A stretch of DNA of 63,840 bases, filler included, from Octopus bimaculoides (taxonomy: Eukaryota), in NCBI RefSeq assembly GCF_001194135.2. It is 5 parts of 5 records of this genome, joined end to end, with 100 filler letters (N's around TTAATTAATTAA, not from the genome) between each part and the next. Parts side by side here need not be neighbours in the genome. Positions count along the whole stretch, not along the records: positions 60,490 to 61,739 come from NW_026429210.1; positions 61,840 to 63,840 come from NW_026306315.1; 3 more parts are not named here. One strand, given 5' to 3'. Made by a program: the position numbers and the translations under genes. Position 1 is the stretch's first letter. Every line of letters starts with the position of its first letter. Under the pieces are notes generated by a model. It was not told where the DNA came from and made no database searches. It saw nothing but the letters and a program-made list of their open reading frames with translations. Shown in pieces: positions 61,739 to 63,840 of this stretch.

Positions 61739-62999
61739 ANNNNNNNNNNNNNNNNNNNNNNNNNNNNNNNNNNNNNNNNNNNNTTAATTAATTAANNNNN
61801 NNNNNNNNNNNNNNNNNNNNNNNNNNNNNNNNNNNNNNNATATATATATATATATATAATATATACGGCATGTTTATGTGCTTGTGTATATATATTTCTG
61901 TGTGTGTGTATGTATATATGTATACATGTATGAGTCTATGTATATATGAACATTATGTGAATGTATGTATATATGTATATATGAATGTAAGTATATATGT
62001 ATATATGAATGTAAGTATATATGTATATATGAATGTAAGTATATACAAATGTATCTACGTGTGTGGGTGCATATATACATGCAAGTATGTCTGTACTATG
62101 TGTGTGCGTATGTATATATGCATGCATTCATGTATATGCGTATGTGTGTGCACACAAGTCTATCCTCCTCCCGTCCTCTTCCCCCCCCCCCCAAGCAGTG
62201 TTGGAAGCGGTTCAGCCTCTCTTAAGAGTTAAGTAAATCCAGCTTATCTGTTCAGGGTTGTTGGTTCTGGCCAGGAGTGAATAGTTTACGNNNNNNNNNN
62301 NNNNNNNNNNNNNNNNNNNNNNNNNNNNNNNNNNNNNNNNNNNNNNNNNNNNNNNNNNNNNNNNNNNNNNNNNNNNNNNNNNNNNNNNNNNNNNNNNNNN
62401 NNNNNNNNNNNNNNNNNNNNNNNNNNNNNNNNNNNNNNNNNNNNNNNNNNNNNNNNNNNNNNNNNNNNNNNNNNNNNNNNNNNNNNNNNNNNNNNNNNNN
62501 NNNNNNNNNNNNNNNNNNNNNNNNNNNNNNNNNNNNNNNNNNNNNNNNNNNNNNNNNNNNNNNNNNNNNNNNNNNNNNNNNNNNNNNNNNNNNNNNNNNN
62601 NNNNNNNNNNNNNNNNNNNNNNNNNNNNNNNNNNNNNNNNNNNNNNNNNNNNNNNNNNNNNNNNNNNNNNNNNNNNNNNNNNNNNNNNNNNNNNNNNNNN
62701 NNNNNNNNNNNNNNNNNNNNNNNNNNNNNNNNNNNNNNNNNNNNNNNNNNNNNNNNNNNNNNNNNNNNNNNNNNNNNNNNNNNNNNNNNNNNNNNNNNNN
62801 NNNNNNNNNNNNNNNNNNNNNNNNNNNNNNNNNNNNNNNNNNNNNNNNNNNNNNNNNNNNNNNNNNNNNNNNNNNNNNNNNNNNNNNNNNNNNNNNNNNN
62901 NNNNNNNNNNNNNNNNNNNNNNNNNNNNNNNNNNNNNNNNNNNNNNNNNNNNNNNNNNNNNNNNNNNNNNNNNNNNNNNNNNNNNNNNNNNNNNNNNNN

Positions 63000-63840
63000 T
63001 GGTGGCGGTGCTGGTGCTGCTGGTGGTGGTGGTGGTGAGGATAATGATGATGAGGATGATGACGATGGTGATGGTGATGATGATGGTGATGGTGATGATG
63101 ACGATGATGATGACAATGATGATGACGATGATAATGGTGGTGGTGATCATGGAAGAATTCTTCTGAGAACTAATTACGTGTCTAGTTGTCTCCAGACCTC
63201 ATCTAGAGACTTGGACACTCAAACAATTGGCATCATGTCACTCACAGACATCACTGCAGACTCTGGTGTGGTGCCGGTGCCATTGATGGTGGTGGATGTA
63301 GACGTGGTTGGGCTGGAGGGGGGGGGCAAGAACTGTCGTAGTGGCAATGGTGGGGGTGGAGGTGAGAACAAGGACAATGATGATGATGATGATGATAAGG
63401 ATGATGATGATGGTGAGAATGATGATGACTTGGTGATGACAAAGATGATACAGATGACGATGATGATGATGATGATTGTGGTGGTGGTGGTGGTGGTGTT
63501 GGTGGTAATGAGGCCATTGGTGGAGGTGGTAGTGGTGGTAGAGGAAATGATGGTCAGGATATTAGGCATGGTTGGACTGGAGGGGGGTAAGAACTACAGC
63601 AGGGGCAATGGTGGTATTGGGAGTGAGGGGATGATGACAATAAGGATGATGAAGAGGATGAGGACAATGATGGTGGTGGTGGTGACGATGATGAGGGCGG
63701 TGGTGATGATGATGATGATAGTGGTGGTGGTGGTGATGATGATGGTGGTTGGGGTGTGAGTGATGACAGTCATGATGAATGATGACGATGATGATGATGA
63801 CGACTGATGGTGATGATGATGATGATGGTGATGATGATGA
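63000..63840. repeat. GGT/GAT trinucleotide low-complexity region with a degenerate ~263-bp duplication
   Basis: TGGTTGG(G/A)CTGGAGGGGGG..AAGAACT...GGCAATGGTGG at ~63306 and ~63569. Confidence 0.8.

Noticed and set aside
63178-63759. 193-aa plus-strand ORF (poly-D/M/V)
   Set aside because: GAT/GGT repeats lack stop codons in this frame; the composition shifts follow repeat phase.

Overview
Eukaryotic (metazoan), AT-rich, microsatellite- and repeat-dense draft-assembly window with many N gaps. The SINE families and repeat landscape are most consistent with an octopus genome (inference, not verified). I recognise no intact protein-coding gene, rRNA, tRNA gene or CRISPR array; nearly all long ORFs in the track are artefacts of N runs or simple repeats. 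What the sequence supports: (i) at least four tRNA-headed SINE families in tens of copies, several with target-site duplications; (ii) pseudogenic retroelement fragments (Penelope-like RT and GIY-YIG, RTE 3' end, R4/Dong-like 3' end, CR1/L2/Jockey-group RT, Tx1/L1-like ORF1 with zinc knuckle); (iii) DNA-transposon relics and MITEs (mariner, Tc1, hAT, Tigger-like, a long-TIR element with 8-bp TSD); (iv) a possible terminal exon of an unknown minus-strand gene near 57.2-57.4 kb. The two most interesting observations are a complete type I hammerhead ribozyme inside a 361-bp direct-repeat-bounded, hairpin-rich unit at 35.2-35.65 kb (retrozyme/Penelope pseudo-LTR-like, with four further hammerhead-type motifs elsewhere) and a head-to-tail ~929-bp unit at 49.1-51.3 kb carrying an unrecognised ~157-codon ORF whose two copies differ largely at synonymous sites. 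Boundaries of degenerate repeats are approximate; family names are from memory of motif patterns, not database searches.
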